A program made the position numbers and the translations under genes. Under the pieces are notes generated by a model, which did not search any database, was not told where the DNA came from, and saw nothing but the letters and a program-made list of their open reading frames with translations. From an uncultured virus (IMG/VR IMGVR_UViG_3300021084_000006) (lineage: Duplodnaviria; Heunggongvirae; Uroviricota; Caudoviricetes), in IMG/VR virus record IMGVR_UViG_3300021084_000006, positions 1-64,000 of that record: 64,000 bases of DNA. One strand, written 5' to 3'. This document shows positions 45,626 through 54,923 of the stretch, piece by piece (the first letter of the stretch is position 1; each line of letters begins with the position of its first letter).

Positions 45626-48600
45626 ATGAGCATATTTATACAAGAGGTATTAGGCCTTTTAACAAGAAAAGAAATCAAGAAAGAAATTAATCCTAAAACA
45701 GATTGGTTACAACTTGGTCACAAAAAACAAAGTAAATTAACTGGTACATCCTTTACACCAAAAATGGAACCTTATGCTATTAAAGCACAAGATTTTATTT
45801 GTACGGTGACTAAAGGGTTAACTAGAACTATACAAGGATCAGGAAAAATAGGTTTTGTTCCTGTATATACTGAAACAGATGGAGTATGTAGTCTAAAAGC
45901 ATTAAAAGATAGTATCATAACTCAAGATCTTGCCAATCAAACAATTTCTGTAAATGGAAATCTTCTTGTTAAAGGTGATACATCATTAAATGGAAATGTC
46001 AGATTAGGAACTGGTGGTATAGGTTTTAAAACATCTTTTGAATCAGTAGTTGTAGATGTTAATGGTCAACAGGGTCAACCAAATCAAGTTCTTATTGCTC
46101 AACCAGATGGTACCGTAATATGGAAAGACCAAGCCGGTGGTGGTACTTGTGTATGGCAAGTTGGTGGTGATAATGGTTTTGTTGTAGATTGTAGTGATGT
46201 AGTTTTATTTATAGGTGGTGATAAGCTTACTGCATTTCCAAATGCTGCTAATAAAAGTGTTACATTCAATCATGATAAAACGGTTGTTAATGTAGTTTCT
46301 CAAAATGTTGATCCAGGTTTTGGGGATTCTTTTGATGCTGTCTTTGAAGTAAGAGTAGATGATTATGGTCATGTAGATGGAATTACTACAAGTAAAATTA
46401 CTTTACCTGAAGAAACTACTTATACTCTAAAAGGAGAAATATCAGGCACAGATGATTATGCTATATCCTTATCAGATTCAAATGGAGGAACAAGTGAGGT
46501 ACTCTTAAAAGCAGGAACTAATATTACTTTACAAGATGACGGTAATGCTACAGTAACAATAAAAGCAGCAGGTGGAGGTTCACCAGTAATGACATCTACA
46601 GTTACCGGAACAGGTAAACTATGGAGTGATGTTGTACAAGCACAACCAGCAGCAGCTGTATCAGATACAGATCAAAGAACATATGGAGTTCAATTTAATG
46701 ATGCATCACAACTTGTTGTTAATGTACCATGGGTTGAAGGATCAGGTTCTGTTGTAGTTGGTAACCCAGGTAATCCTACAATAGATTTAACTTCTATAAG
46801 TATAGATGGTACTGTTTATGGTATTGCATCAGGCGGTGGAGGATCAGTAACCAGTGTTGGTTTAGCTGCACCTTCAGCATTCACTGTAACTAATAGTCCT
46901 GTAACAAGCAATGGAACATTAACTCTTGCAGGTGCAGGAGCAACAACAGATTATATAGATGGGACAGGTGCTTTACAAGCTTTTCCTTCTATTCCAAGTG
47001 TACCAGCAAATATAGTTGAGACAGTAGATACACAAAATGGTACATACATTGATATGACACCAACAGGTGCTGTAGATGGAGATGTTGTTGTAACAGCAGA
47101 ATTATCAGCAGTAGACGGAGCAGATACTTCAGGTAGATTCTTAAGTAAAGATAACGTATGGTCAGCAATTCCTGGAGGTAATGCAGGAACTGTAACTAGT
47201 GTTGGCTTAAGTACAGATATTGCAGCATTCACAGTTGGAAGTTCTCCTGTAACAGATAATGGTGTAATAGAACTAAACCGTAATGGAGGAACTGCAGGTC
47301 AGTTTTTAAGACAAGATGGTAATTGGGCAGATATTCCTTCAGGAGGAACAGTAACTGCTCTTTCAACAGAAGTAACTCCAGTTGTAGCAGATTCAATTGA
47401 CTTTACTGTAGCTGATCCAACAACAACGCCTAAATTAACTATAGACTTTAAAGGAGTAGCTGGACAGTATATAAATGGAGAAGGTCAATTAGAAACATTC
47501 CCTACTATCCCACCGGCATCAGAAGATGTTAAGTTTAAAATTGATGCAGCAGATACTGTAGCAGGATATTGGACTGATAAAATAACAATAGGTTCAGGTT
47601 TATCAGGTTCAGTTAATACAGATCCAAGTGGTGAAAAAACATTAACAATAAGTGCTGTATCAGTTACTACAGTAAATAGTATTAAGGTAGGAAACACTAC
47701 TACTTCTGGAGCGTTTGAGTTTACAGGACCGGGTGTTACAATGGATACTAATCCAAATCCTCAACTAATTACTTTTGCAAGTGTATTATCATTAGGAGCA
47801 ACAACAGCAGGTGATGCATTAGATGTTGCAGTAACAAATGATAGTAGTAATACAGGAGATAGTACACTAGACTTTACTTGGGCAGGATCTGCATCTGAGT
47901 ATATAAACGGTCAAGGTAACTTAGTTACTTTCCCAGCAATAACAACAGGTACTGTTGAATCAATAAGCACATCATGGCCAAGCGGTGCAAATGTAGCAAT
48001 GACTTTAACAGAAGTAAATTTATCTGGACCAGATGTACAGCTAAATTGGAATGTTCAAGGTACTACAGCACAATACATAGATGGTACTTTTAAACTACAA
48101 ACATTCCCAACAATACCAGCAGAATATACTGGTTGGAGTTTAGTTGGAGATTTAGGAAGTGCACAACAAATAAAAACAGGTAATACTGCATTAATAGCAG
48201 GTGGTGTTGGTTTAACATCAACAGCAAGTGCAACAGATACATTAACTATTGATTTAGATGACACAGCAGTAACTCCAGGTGCATATAGTAATGCAGATGT
48301 AACTGTAGATCAGCAAGGTAGAATTATAAGTATCCAAGATGGAGCAAGCTCAGCAAGACCTTATAAATCATATGTTGCTAACTTCTCAATTGTTAATAAT
48401 GTTGTGGCTGTTAATATACTAGAAGATGAGCTTCAAGTACAAACTAATTGGTCTGATGACAGCCTTGGTAAAATATCTATATCATTCCGTCAAAATTTTG
48501 ACAAGAAAAGAGTTATGGTGTTCATTAATGGAATGAGTGGTGAAAAAGGAGGCGGTGGTCAAATATTCTTTGACGATGTAATTTCTGGAGTATCAGAGTT

Positions 48601-48694
48601 AACAGTGAATTGTGTACATCAAATAGTTAGCAGTGGTGCTATGACAAATGCAAATGTTGATTTTGGAAGTTTTGAATTTAGATTATATGACTAA
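45626..48694 (+). CDS. Tail fibre protein
   Basis: Repeated G[ST]VTSVGL and YI[DN]GxGxLxxFPxIP units, 'VDDYGHV', 'VTPGAYSNADVTVDQQGRI' fibre motifs. Confidence 0.8.
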   Translation: MSIFIQEVLGLLTRKEIKKEINPKTDWLQLGHKKQSKLTGTSFTPKMEPYAIKAQDFICTVTKGLTRTIQGSGKIGFVPVYTETDGVCSLKALKDSIITQDLANQTISVNGNLLVKGDTSLNGNVRLGTGGIGFKTSFESVVVDVNGQQGQPNQVLIAQPDGTVIWKDQAGGGTCVWQVGGDNGFVVDCSDVVLFIGGDKLTAFPNAANKSVTFNHDKTVVNVVSQNVDPGFGDSFDAVFEVRVDDYGHVDGITTSKITLPEETTYTLKGEISGTDDYAISLSDSNGGTSEVLLKAGTNITLQDDGNATVTIKAAGGGSPVMTSTVTGTGKLWSDVVQAQPAAAVSDTDQRTYGVQFNDASQLVVNVPWVEGSGSVVVGNPGNPTIDLTSISIDGTVYGIASGGGGSVTSVGLAAPSAFTVTNSPVTSNGTLTLAGAGATTDYIDGTGALQAFPSIPSVPANIVETVDTQNGTYIDMTPTGAVDGDVVVTAELSAVDGADTSGRFLSKDNVWSAIPGGNAGTVTSVGLSTDIAAFTVGSSPVTDNGVIELNRNGGTAGQFLRQDGNWADIPSGGTVTALSTEVTPVVADSIDFTVADPTTTPKLTIDFKGVAGQYINGEGQLETFPTIPPASEDVKFKIDAADTVAGYWTDKITIGSGLSGSVNTDPSGEKTLTISAVSVTTVNSIKVGNTTTSGAFEFTGPGVTMDTNPNPQLITFASVLSLGATTAGDALDVAVTNDSSNTGDSTLDFTWAGSASEYINGQGNLVTFPAITTGTVESISTSWPSGANVAMTLTEVNLSGPDVQLNWNVQGTTAQYIDGTFKLQTFPTIPAEYTGWSLVGDLGSAQQIKTGNTALIAGGVGLTSTASATDTLTIDLDDTAVTPGAYSNADVTVDQQGRIISIQDGASSARPYKSYVANFSIVNNVVAVNILEDELQVQTNWSDDSLGKISISFRQNFDKKRVMVFINGMSGEKGGGGQIFFDDVISGVSELTVNCVHQIVSSGAMTNANVDFGSFEFRLYD
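46841..48120 (+). repeat. Protein-level repeats in the tail fibre shaft
   Basis: GSVTSVGL 46841, GTVTSVGL 47186, GTVTAL 47345, GTVESI 47948; YIDGTGALQAFPSIP 46952, YINGEGQLETFPTIP 47468, YINGQGNLVTFPAI 47900, YIDGTFKLQTFPTIP 48074. Confidence 0.75.
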
Positions 48695-48733
48695 GAATTT
48701 ATGATGAAGTTTAATTTTACTAAATTCTGAGTG

Positions 48734-48770
48734 AAGAGGGTAAGCAGAAATGTTTACCCTCTTTCTTTTT
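48734..48770 (+). terminator. Intrinsic terminator at convergence of structural and replication blocks
   Basis: AAGAGGGTAAGCA-GAAA-TGTTTACCCTCTT then TCTTTTT; GNRA tetraloop. Confidence 0.85.
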
Positions 48771-49158
48771 ATTTACCCCATTTGTTTCTATTAATCAGCA
48801 TAGATATTATTGAGTAGTTAGATAAATCAATCCATGAATCTTCTAGACTTTCATTTTTAGGATTACGGTTTGACTGTACAATATTCAGTATTCTTTGTAT
48901 TTTGTCATTACTACGAAACCATATACCAAGCAAACTCAGCCTACGGTTTTCTTTTAACTCTGTATCTTTACCAAGAGTAATGTTTTGAGGCCCGTAGTCT
49001 AATTGCTTCATACAAAACAATGTGTATTGTTCCTGCTGTATCTCTTTAAACTCTTTTGTTGTTTCAGGATACAACATCTCACAAGATGCTACAGGATCCA
49101 TAGTATCTTCTTGTGTGTCACTAAACGGGTGAGCAAATGGTTCTATTTTTTTATTCAT
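48769..49158 (-). CDS. DUF1599 / nucleotide modification associated domain 1-like protein
   Basis: 'KQLDYG..RSNDKIQRILN..ESLEDSWIDLSNYSII'; start revised to ATG 49158. Confidence 0.75.
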   Translation of the reverse strand: MNKKIEPFAHPFSDTQEDTMDPVASCEMLYPETTKEFKEIQQEQYTLFCMKQLDYGPQNITLGKDTELKENRRLSLLGIWFRSNDKIQRILNIVQSNRNPKNESLEDSWIDLSNYSIISMLINRNKWGK

Positions 49159-49390
49159 CTTTAGTATATTTATTTTTACTTTGTCTAACATTGGTTTTTT
49201 CTATTAAATGTAAATGATATGCAAGCTCAGAAGTATTTTTAAGTTTATTGTAATACTTGTCAATACGCTGATCAAGCTTCCGTGATTTTTGTAAACCAAA
49301 TACATTGGGCTTTGCCTTATATTCTAGTTCATCTAGTCTACCTTTTAAGTACTGTACTTCTAATAGTACGTGTAGTTCTTGTTCTGTCAT
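49151..49390 (-). CDS. Hypothetical protein
   Basis: 79-aa ORF overlapping both neighbours by a few nt. Confidence 0.6.
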   Translation of the reverse strand: MTEQELHVLLEVQYLKGRLDELEYKAKPNVFGLQKSRKLDQRIDKYYNKLKNTSELAYHLHLIEKTNVRQSKNKYTKDE

Positions 49391-49497
49391 GATCCTTCTG
49401 CAATTATAATGTAAATGTTATTCCAAATCAAAAAAGAAATTATAAATATTACAACCCAAGCTGCAAGACCTATCCAATTAGTATTATGCTTTTTCAT
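49387..49497 (-). CDS. 36-aa single-TM peptide, not in ORF track
   Basis: MKKHNTNWIGLAAWVVIFIISFLIWNNIYIIIAEGS*; ATGA overlap with the next gene. Confidence 0.55.
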   Translation of the reverse strand: MKKHNTNWIGLAAWVVIFIISFLIWNNIYIIIAEGS

Positions 49498-49657
49498 AAT
49501 TTTTAAAATGTTTATCAACTATCTTCCAATAATTTTCTAGTTTAACTGAGTTCATTCCGGCAACAAAACACAATATCATATCTAAATGTTTTTTACCATC
49601 TGTATATCCCATTTTTTTATGTATTCTTGCTGCTTCATCTTTATGATCTTTTTTCAT
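49484..49657 (-). CDS. 57-aa hypothetical protein, not in ORF track
   Basis: MKKDHKDEAARIHKKMGYTDGKKHLDMILCFVAG..YWKIVDKHFKNYEKA*. Confidence 0.5.
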   Translation of the reverse strand: MKKDHKDEAARIHKKMGYTDGKKHLDMILCFVAGMNSVKLENYWKIVDKHFKNYEKA

Positions 49658-49669
49658 ACATATATATAT

Positions 49670-49717
49670 AAAAATAGAAGGCCTAAGAGAAAATCTCTTA
49701 GTTGGTTGGCCTCCTAT
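49670..49717 (-). terminator. Long bulged hairpin, terminator-like
   Basis: Minus strand ATAGGAGGC-[CAACCAA]-CTAAGAGA-TTT-TCTCTTAG-GCCTTCTAT-TTTT. Confidence 0.5.
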
Positions 49718-49719
49718 AA

Positions 49720-49791
49720 TTAATAGTCTTCACTTCTACTGCTAATGTAAAAGCAAAAACAAGCTAACAATACTGCTATTACAAAATGCAT
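49720..49791 (-). CDS. Possible 23-aa hydrophobic peptide
   Basis: MHFVIAVLLACFCFYISSRSEDY*; overlaps the end of the upstream gene; too short to be sure. Confidence 0.3.
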   Translation of the reverse strand: MHFVIAVLLACFCFYISSRSEDY

Positions 49792-50633
49792 TCATCAATT
49801 ATAATGCTTTGCTTTTCTAGTTCTTCATCAATTTCAATTGTCTCTCCATTGATACCTACTAGCTCCCATTTTTCAGTATTAGTTGTTTGATTGTTTACAA
49901 CATCAGACATCATAAAATCATGAAAGTTCTGAGAATCTTGTAACCAATCCCTTGGTGTAGATAGTTTTAATGCATGTGTTACGTGATTGTAAAAACTCCA
50001 AGCATTGTTATTATCTGTTAAGTAATCATAAGAAGGTTTATTAATCTCTTTCTTAATTATAGACATCTGTGAAGAAGTTACAATCTCTTCATCTATAAAT
50101 AGTCTACCAACTAAAGCTGCTTGCTCTGTCTTACTTAACAATGTAGACTTTAATGCATCTCTATCTTTAAGAATGCGTGAATAATGAACTTCTCCATTCT
50201 TAATTTGATTGCTCAGCTGCATTTTAATATCATGACCTGCGGATCCTGTGTGTTTTCTTTTAAAGTTCATCATGTCTCCAGCTACCATACCATTGTTACA
50301 TACCATAACATATGCACCAATTGCACACTGAAATCTTGTACTCTTATCATAAGAGTTTGTCCAGGCAAACATCATCCCTAATTCTCTTTCTTTAGAGATA
50401 TCTTCATCAGTTGTCTGAGAAGGATAGATATGATATATGCCTTGTGCTACATTGGCATTCATGTTTGCTCTATATAATTCTTTACGAATAGTAAATCCAC
50501 TATTCTCCAATAAATTTTTTGTGTCATCTATCACTTGTTTATGTGATATGACTGTATAACTCTTACCATGTTTAGGTAAAGGTTGACTTTCTAAATAATT
50601 CTGTGTTGTTTCTACTGCTCTTTTATAACGCAT
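49779..50633 (-). CDS. DUF932-like protein
   Basis: 'YTVISH..NSYDKSTRF..GAYVMVCNNGMV..KRKHTG..NAWSFYNHVTHAL'. Confidence 0.75.
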   Translation of the reverse strand: MRYKRAVETTQNYLESQPLPKHGKSYTVISHKQVIDDTKNLLENSGFTIRKELYRANMNANVAQGIYHIYPSQTTDEDISKERELGMMFAWTNSYDKSTRFQCAIGAYVMVCNNGMVAGDMMNFKRKHTGSAGHDIKMQLSNQIKNGEVHYSRILKDRDALKSTLLSKTEQAALVGRLFIDEEIVTSSQMSIIKKEINKPSYDYLTDNNNAWSFYNHVTHALKLSTPRDWLQDSQNFHDFMMSDVVNNQTTNTEKWELVGINGETIEIDEELEKQSIIIDECIL

Positions 50634-50650
50634 AGTTTAAACTTTTAAAG

Positions 50651-50660
50651 TGTAAATATA
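50651..50660 (-). promoter_or_regulatory. Putative promoter element TATATTTACA
   Basis: Intergenic, 17 nt upstream of ATG 50633; identical to 41728-41737. Confidence 0.5.
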
Positions 50661-50683
50661 ACTATTTTATATGGGATAACCAA

Positions 50684-51517
50684 TTAAAATATATATCTGA
50701 TTGTTTTTATAGAAAAATACTTTGAATAAATTTCTTTAAATTCAGATAACAACCTTCCTTTATGTTCTAAAGGATATCTCATAACTCCTGATTGATTCTT
50801 AATTTCATAAGATCTTCTCATCAACTCTCTTGCTTCTGGTGTTGTTTTAATCATTTGCTTAACATGATTAGTTAAAGCAATAACTTCACATTTATTTTCA
50901 CCTGCTACATCTTTTACCATAGAAAAAAGATTATTATACTCTTCTTTCCAACCGGGGTAAAAAATTAAAGGGCTATAATTTAAATGTACTTCCCAGCCCA
51001 ATTTCTTAAGCCTATTAATATCAGCTATACGGCTTACTATCTTTTGCATCTTAGGTTCTAATATATTAGAATACTTCTGAGGCATAAGACTTACACGTAC
51101 CCGTGGTGGTTTATTAAAGTGATTTACATCTAACTTTAACAACCCTGGATACTTAGTGGCCATAGTACTATTAAGTTGTGGGTGATTATCAAACCTCTTA
51201 AGATAATCAATCAAAGGTTCAGGCATGTGTTTCTGCATCAGTACTAAATCTGAATTGCAGGCAACATCTACCATAGTATATATAGGGTCTTGTTGATCAG
51301 GGACTTTAGTAAATTCCTTTTCCCATTCAACAACAGACTCATAAATCTCATCAACGTTCTTGTTAACAAAAACTCTTTTACCATTATATCTAGACATATA
51401 ACAATATGTATCTACACAGCCTCCAAAACACCCATATATGATGTTTGGAGCTATGCAATTACTACTATTATTATTTGTTTTGGTAATTAAAGTTTTGGTT
51501 TTCTGAACTTTAATCAA
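50684..51517 (-). CDS. Spore photoproduct lyase family radical SAM protein
   Basis: 'PNIIYGCFGGCVDTYCY', 'ACNSDL', 'MATK', 'RVRVSLMP', 'LEP..RIADINRLKKLGWEVHLNYSP', 'MRYP'; TTG start overlapping the upstream TGA. Confidence 0.75.
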   Translation of the reverse strand: MIKVQKTKTLITKTNNNSSNCIAPNIIYGCFGGCVDTYCYMSRYNGKRVFVNKNVDEIYESVVEWEKEFTKVPDQQDPIYTMVDVACNSDLVLMQKHMPEPLIDYLKRFDNHPQLNSTMATKYPGLLKLDVNHFNKPPRVRVSLMPQKYSNILEPKMQKIVSRIADINRLKKLGWEVHLNYSPLIFYPGWKEEYNNLFSMVKDVAGENKCEVIALTNHVKQMIKTTPEARELMRRSYEIKNQSGVMRYPLEHKGRLLSEFKEIYSKYFSIKTIRYIF

Positions 51518-51816
51518 CGGTCTTTAACAAATTGACCATTAACCATCCTACCTGTACGTTGTGAAATTACATTGTAAGCACTTTCTAAACATTTTTCTAA
51601 ACTAATGTTTTGCATCTTAGCTTGAATAATCAAGGTAACCATAATATCACCCATAGCATCAATGATCTCTTCACGGTCTTTAACATTAATGGCCGTGCAA
51701 AGCTCAGTTGTTTCTTCTAATGTTTTCAGTGCTTGGGCCATTGGTGTAGCTTTAGCAAGAATACCTTTTTCCATAGCCCAGTTTTCTACTGCGCATTCTA
51801 ATTCAAAATAATCCAT
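51514..51816 (-). CDS. MazG-like nucleotide pyrophosphohydrolase
   Basis: 'QALKTLEETTEL..IIDAMGDIMVTL..CLESAYNVISQRTG'. Confidence 0.85.
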   Translation of the reverse strand: MDYFELECAVENWAMEKGILAKATPMAQALKTLEETTELCTAINVKDREEIIDAMGDIMVTLIIQAKMQNISLEKCLESAYNVISQRTGRMVNGQFVKDR

Positions 51817-51821
51817 ATTGT

Positions 51822-52484
51822 TTAATTGTTTTTTAATAATTCTAATACTTCAGTCAATGATTCATGACGGTGGTTATCTTCTAGTACAACTTTATATACA
51901 TGAAGAGAACTTGTAATCTTAGCAACTTCATTAATTGCAGAATAATTTTTGTCTTTTAAATCTATTTGTTGATTGTCTCCACAAAAGATCATCATTGAAT
52001 CTTTACCTAGTCTACTTAAAGCCATTGAAAACTGAGAGCGTGTTAAGTTCTGAAACTCATCTACAATAACAACAGAGTGATCAAATGTCCTTCCTCTAAA
52101 ATGAGATAAAGAAACCAATTCTATTTGTTCTTCAGATTCAAGCTTCTCTAAAAGCTCAGGTTTATTATAGACCTTACGCATATTAGATTTAATAGGTACC
52201 AACCAAGGTTCCATCTTTTCTTTTTCAGAGCCAGGTAAAAAACCATTATCTTCTGTTGCCACAGTAGGCCTAGTAATAATAATCTTATTGTATTGTCTCT
52301 TAAAAAATTGATCTAGTGCTATTTGGACAGCAAGTAGTGTTTTACCACTACCTGCGTTCCCATGTATAAAACTAAAAGGATGTTTAAGTATTTGTTCTTT
52401 TGCAACCTTTTGTTCTTCTGATAATGTAATACTAAATCTGATAGACCCTTTAGGTGGTCTCTTTGTTATATTTGTTTTTGCCAT
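51822..52484 (-). CDS. phoH: PhoH-family ATPase
   Basis: GNAGSGKT, TRP, GFLPG..EKMEPW, RGRTF, DEFQN, GDNQQID. Confidence 0.92.
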   Translation of the reverse strand: MAKTNITKRPPKGSIRFSITLSEEQKVAKEQILKHPFSFIHGNAGSGKTLLAVQIALDQFFKRQYNKIIITRPTVATEDNGFLPGSEKEKMEPWLVPIKSNMRKVYNKPELLEKLESEEQIELVSLSHFRGRTFDHSVVIVDEFQNLTRSQFSMALSRLGKDSMMIFCGDNQQIDLKDKNYSAINEVAKITSSLHVYKVVLEDNHRHESLTEVLELLKNN

Positions 52485-54490
52485 TAGAATAGTGTTAATT
52501 GATTTGGAGCAACATCAATAATATTATTAATCTCTTGCTCTATAGCTTCAAGATAATATTTTTTATCAATATCATAGTTTTCCCACTTAGGTTCTAATTG
52601 CATATCATTAAATATTGACTGCAACCATTTGCCAGCTTCTAACTGTATCTCTCTTTTATCTTTCTTGTTAACTTTAAGAATCTTTACACCGGATTTAGAT
52701 ATAAAATATCTATTAATCTTCTGTAATTTTTCTTCATCAAATATACCATTCTTTATTTGTCTAGCAACCTGTTGCCAATCACCTTTTGATTTTCCACCAA
52801 TACAATAATCTAATATGTTTTTATTTGTATCAATATAATCTTCAGGTAACATATCATGAACAAAGTAATGATAGATTGCCTTTGGTATAACAAGTTTAGA
52901 TTTATTCTTGTGCAACTGCAGGTTATGAAAATCAAATCTACCCTTAAGTTTTACCGGGGCAAAACTAAACTTATCATTCTCTACTTTAAATAAGTAATGA
53001 GGATTGTCAGTTTTTAGTTTTCTCCAAGTAGATATATCTACATCAACCCACTTATTAATACCAATGTAGTTGTTAACATCACCAATAACCATCTTCTGAT
53101 ATTCATCATGCTCTAAATTAAGATTGGTTTTCTTTTCCCATTCTTCACATATAAGCATGTACTCATCATAAAATGCCTTTGGTATTATAGTTTCTACACC
53201 ATCTGTGTTTTGTAATAAAGCAATAGCACCCGGTATACGCTCCATAATTTGCTCATAAAGCATCATTAGGGATAGTTGACCATTGATTGTTATTCTCATA
53301 CATAACTCAGGATCATAAAAGAAGCTATTTTCATCATTGCTAAGACCAAAAGTAGAATTAAGTATAATCTTATATACATAGTTCATTGGATTGCTCTTAG
53401 GAATCTTCTTACGCTCTTCAAAGAACCACTCATATTGATTACAGAATTCTTCTTTAGGGAAATGACCCGGAGACCACTTGTTTTTAATAGCCAGATTAGG
53501 ATAAAAAGATGTTACATCAGAAGACATAATCATCATGTCATCATCCGGTTCATAAACACCTTTCTTTATAGCACCATGAACACCACCTAAACCAAAGTGT
53601 GTATTGACACCCTTATAGTTTATGTTGTATTTAAAACTACCCTTAAGACTACCTGCGTTAACTTCTAATGAAGCAAACCTATCAAACAATACCTTAAACT
53701 CTTGAGATGAGAAAGAAATGTATGGTAATATAATATCCTTAATCTTAATTGTATCCCTATAAGTTCTCATCTGTTTGAGATCTCTTTTAGGAATATTTAA
53801 GTTTCTAGATAAATAATATCCAAATATCTCTTTACTAATCCTAGGCTCTGAGGCACTAAACATGTTAATATTGTATGTACTTGTCAATTCTTTTCTTAAA
53901 GCTACTTGAGATCTTGATCTGTTATAGATTTCTTTTGTAGACTTAACATCATTAATGCAGTATTCAAGTATAGTGTCTAGATCTTTTTGAGTTCTGATTT
54001 CAGTTTCATGATGAATAGGCATATCTAATATATTCTGCCAATCCATACTATACTGAATCCATTTAAGACTAGAACGTTTAGCCGGGTTATCCCAATGGTG
54101 CATTTTAAATAAATCTATTTGACCTATTCTCATCTTCCATTGTGGATAATCACTAAACTCTTTATTGTTTGATTTCTGTATACATCTCTGTGCATACTTA
54201 TAAATAATATTAGCAACTAGATGACCATCAAGACCTAAACCTTCTTCATCTTTCCATTTACTAACATTATCTAATATATAGTGAGTTACTTGCGCATCAA
54301 ATGCTAATCCATTATAGGATATATGCCACTCTTTGTTTGTGATGTTGTCTTCTAGAAAGTTTATAAATTCTGTCTGATCATTTCTTAACCGTGATATTAC
54401 AAATATCTTAGTCTCTGTAGTTTTATAATTTTCAAAAACACCAGTAAAACAATCATAAAGTGTTTCATAATCCATTACCCAATGTTTCAT
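52484..54490 (-). CDS. DNA polymerase, family B
   Basis: Exo motifs DYE, YNGLAFD, YCINDV; polymerase motifs DVTSFYPN, KIILNSTFG, NTDG, KGRF. Confidence 0.9.
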   Translation of the reverse strand: MKHWVMDYETLYDCFTGVFENYKTTETKIFVISRLRNDQTEFINFLEDNITNKEWHISYNGLAFDAQVTHYILDNVSKWKDEEGLGLDGHLVANIIYKYAQRCIQKSNNKEFSDYPQWKMRIGQIDLFKMHHWDNPAKRSSLKWIQYSMDWQNILDMPIHHETEIRTQKDLDTILEYCINDVKSTKEIYNRSRSQVALRKELTSTYNINMFSASEPRISKEIFGYYLSRNLNIPKRDLKQMRTYRDTIKIKDIILPYISFSSQEFKVLFDRFASLEVNAGSLKGSFKYNINYKGVNTHFGLGGVHGAIKKGVYEPDDDMMIMSSDVTSFYPNLAIKNKWSPGHFPKEEFCNQYEWFFEERKKIPKSNPMNYVYKIILNSTFGLSNDENSFFYDPELCMRITINGQLSLMMLYEQIMERIPGAIALLQNTDGVETIIPKAFYDEYMLICEEWEKKTNLNLEHDEYQKMVIGDVNNYIGINKWVDVDISTWRKLKTDNPHYLFKVENDKFSFAPVKLKGRFDFHNLQLHKNKSKLVIPKAIYHYFVHDMLPEDYIDTNKNILDYCIGGKSKGDWQQVARQIKNGIFDEEKLQKINRYFISKSGVKILKVNKKDKREIQLEAGKWLQSIFNDMQLEPKWENYDIDKKYYLEAIEQEINNIIDVAPNQLTLF

Positions 54491-54633
54491 TCTTTTTCTT
54501 CTTTAAGTTTATCTTTAAATGTATGTAGAGTTCTTTCATTAATACCTAAAGCTTTAGCTGCACTTCTTACAGTTTTATGCTTTTTTAGAGCTAGAGTCAT
54601 TAATCTCTCTTTCATTTGTAACAGTGTTTCCAT
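54487..54633 (-). CDS. 48-aa Fis-type helix-turn-helix protein, not in ORF track
   Basis: METLLQMKERLMTLALKKHKTVRSAAKALGINERTLHTFKDKLKEEKE*; ATGA overlap with the PolB start. Confidence 0.75.
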   Translation of the reverse strand: METLLQMKERLMTLALKKHKTVRSAAKALGINERTLHTFKDKLKEEKE

Positions 54634-54907
54634 CTTTATAATTTTTAAGTGCTACTACTTTAGCTTCTAATATTAAATCCATAATACTATCATAGATGCT
54701 TTCTACTGCTTCAGGAGATCCCTCACGCTCTAACTTTTTATCAATCTCTCTTTCATATAAGTCAACAGTCTTGATTACTTGTTTAATCTTCTGTTTAACT
54801 TGTTGTGTATGTATATACTGTAACCCATGTGCAAGTTCACCTATGCACTTAGTCATAGCAAATAGGATGTTTACATCCATTATTTCTTCATCTGTTAATT
54901 TAGCCAT
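54575..54907 (-). CDS. Hypothetical helical protein
   Basis: 110-aa ORF; the last ~19 codons overlap the HTH ORF. Confidence 0.6.
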   Translation of the reverse strand: MAKLTDEEIMDVNILFAMTKCIGELAHGLQYIHTQQVKQKIKQVIKTVDLYEREIDKKLEREGSPEAVESIYDSIMDLILEAKVVALKNYKDGNTVTNEREINDSSSKKA

Positions 54908-54923
54908 ATAAATATATTAGAGC

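Noticed and set aside
50..48264. Many 60-110 aa antisense and off-frame ORFs in the track
   Set aside because: They lie wholly inside long well-supported genes and show shadow-frame composition
48694..48728. Second inverted repeat AGAATTTA..TAAATTCT before the terminator
   Set aside because: AT-rich with a poorly paired interior; plausible by chance
18660..54490. Inteins or group I introns in RNAP, nrdA, nrdB or PolB
   Set aside because: Motifs are contiguous and nrdA/nrdB/PolB are compact; no HN-[CST] splice junction with LAGLIDADG/HNH domain recognised
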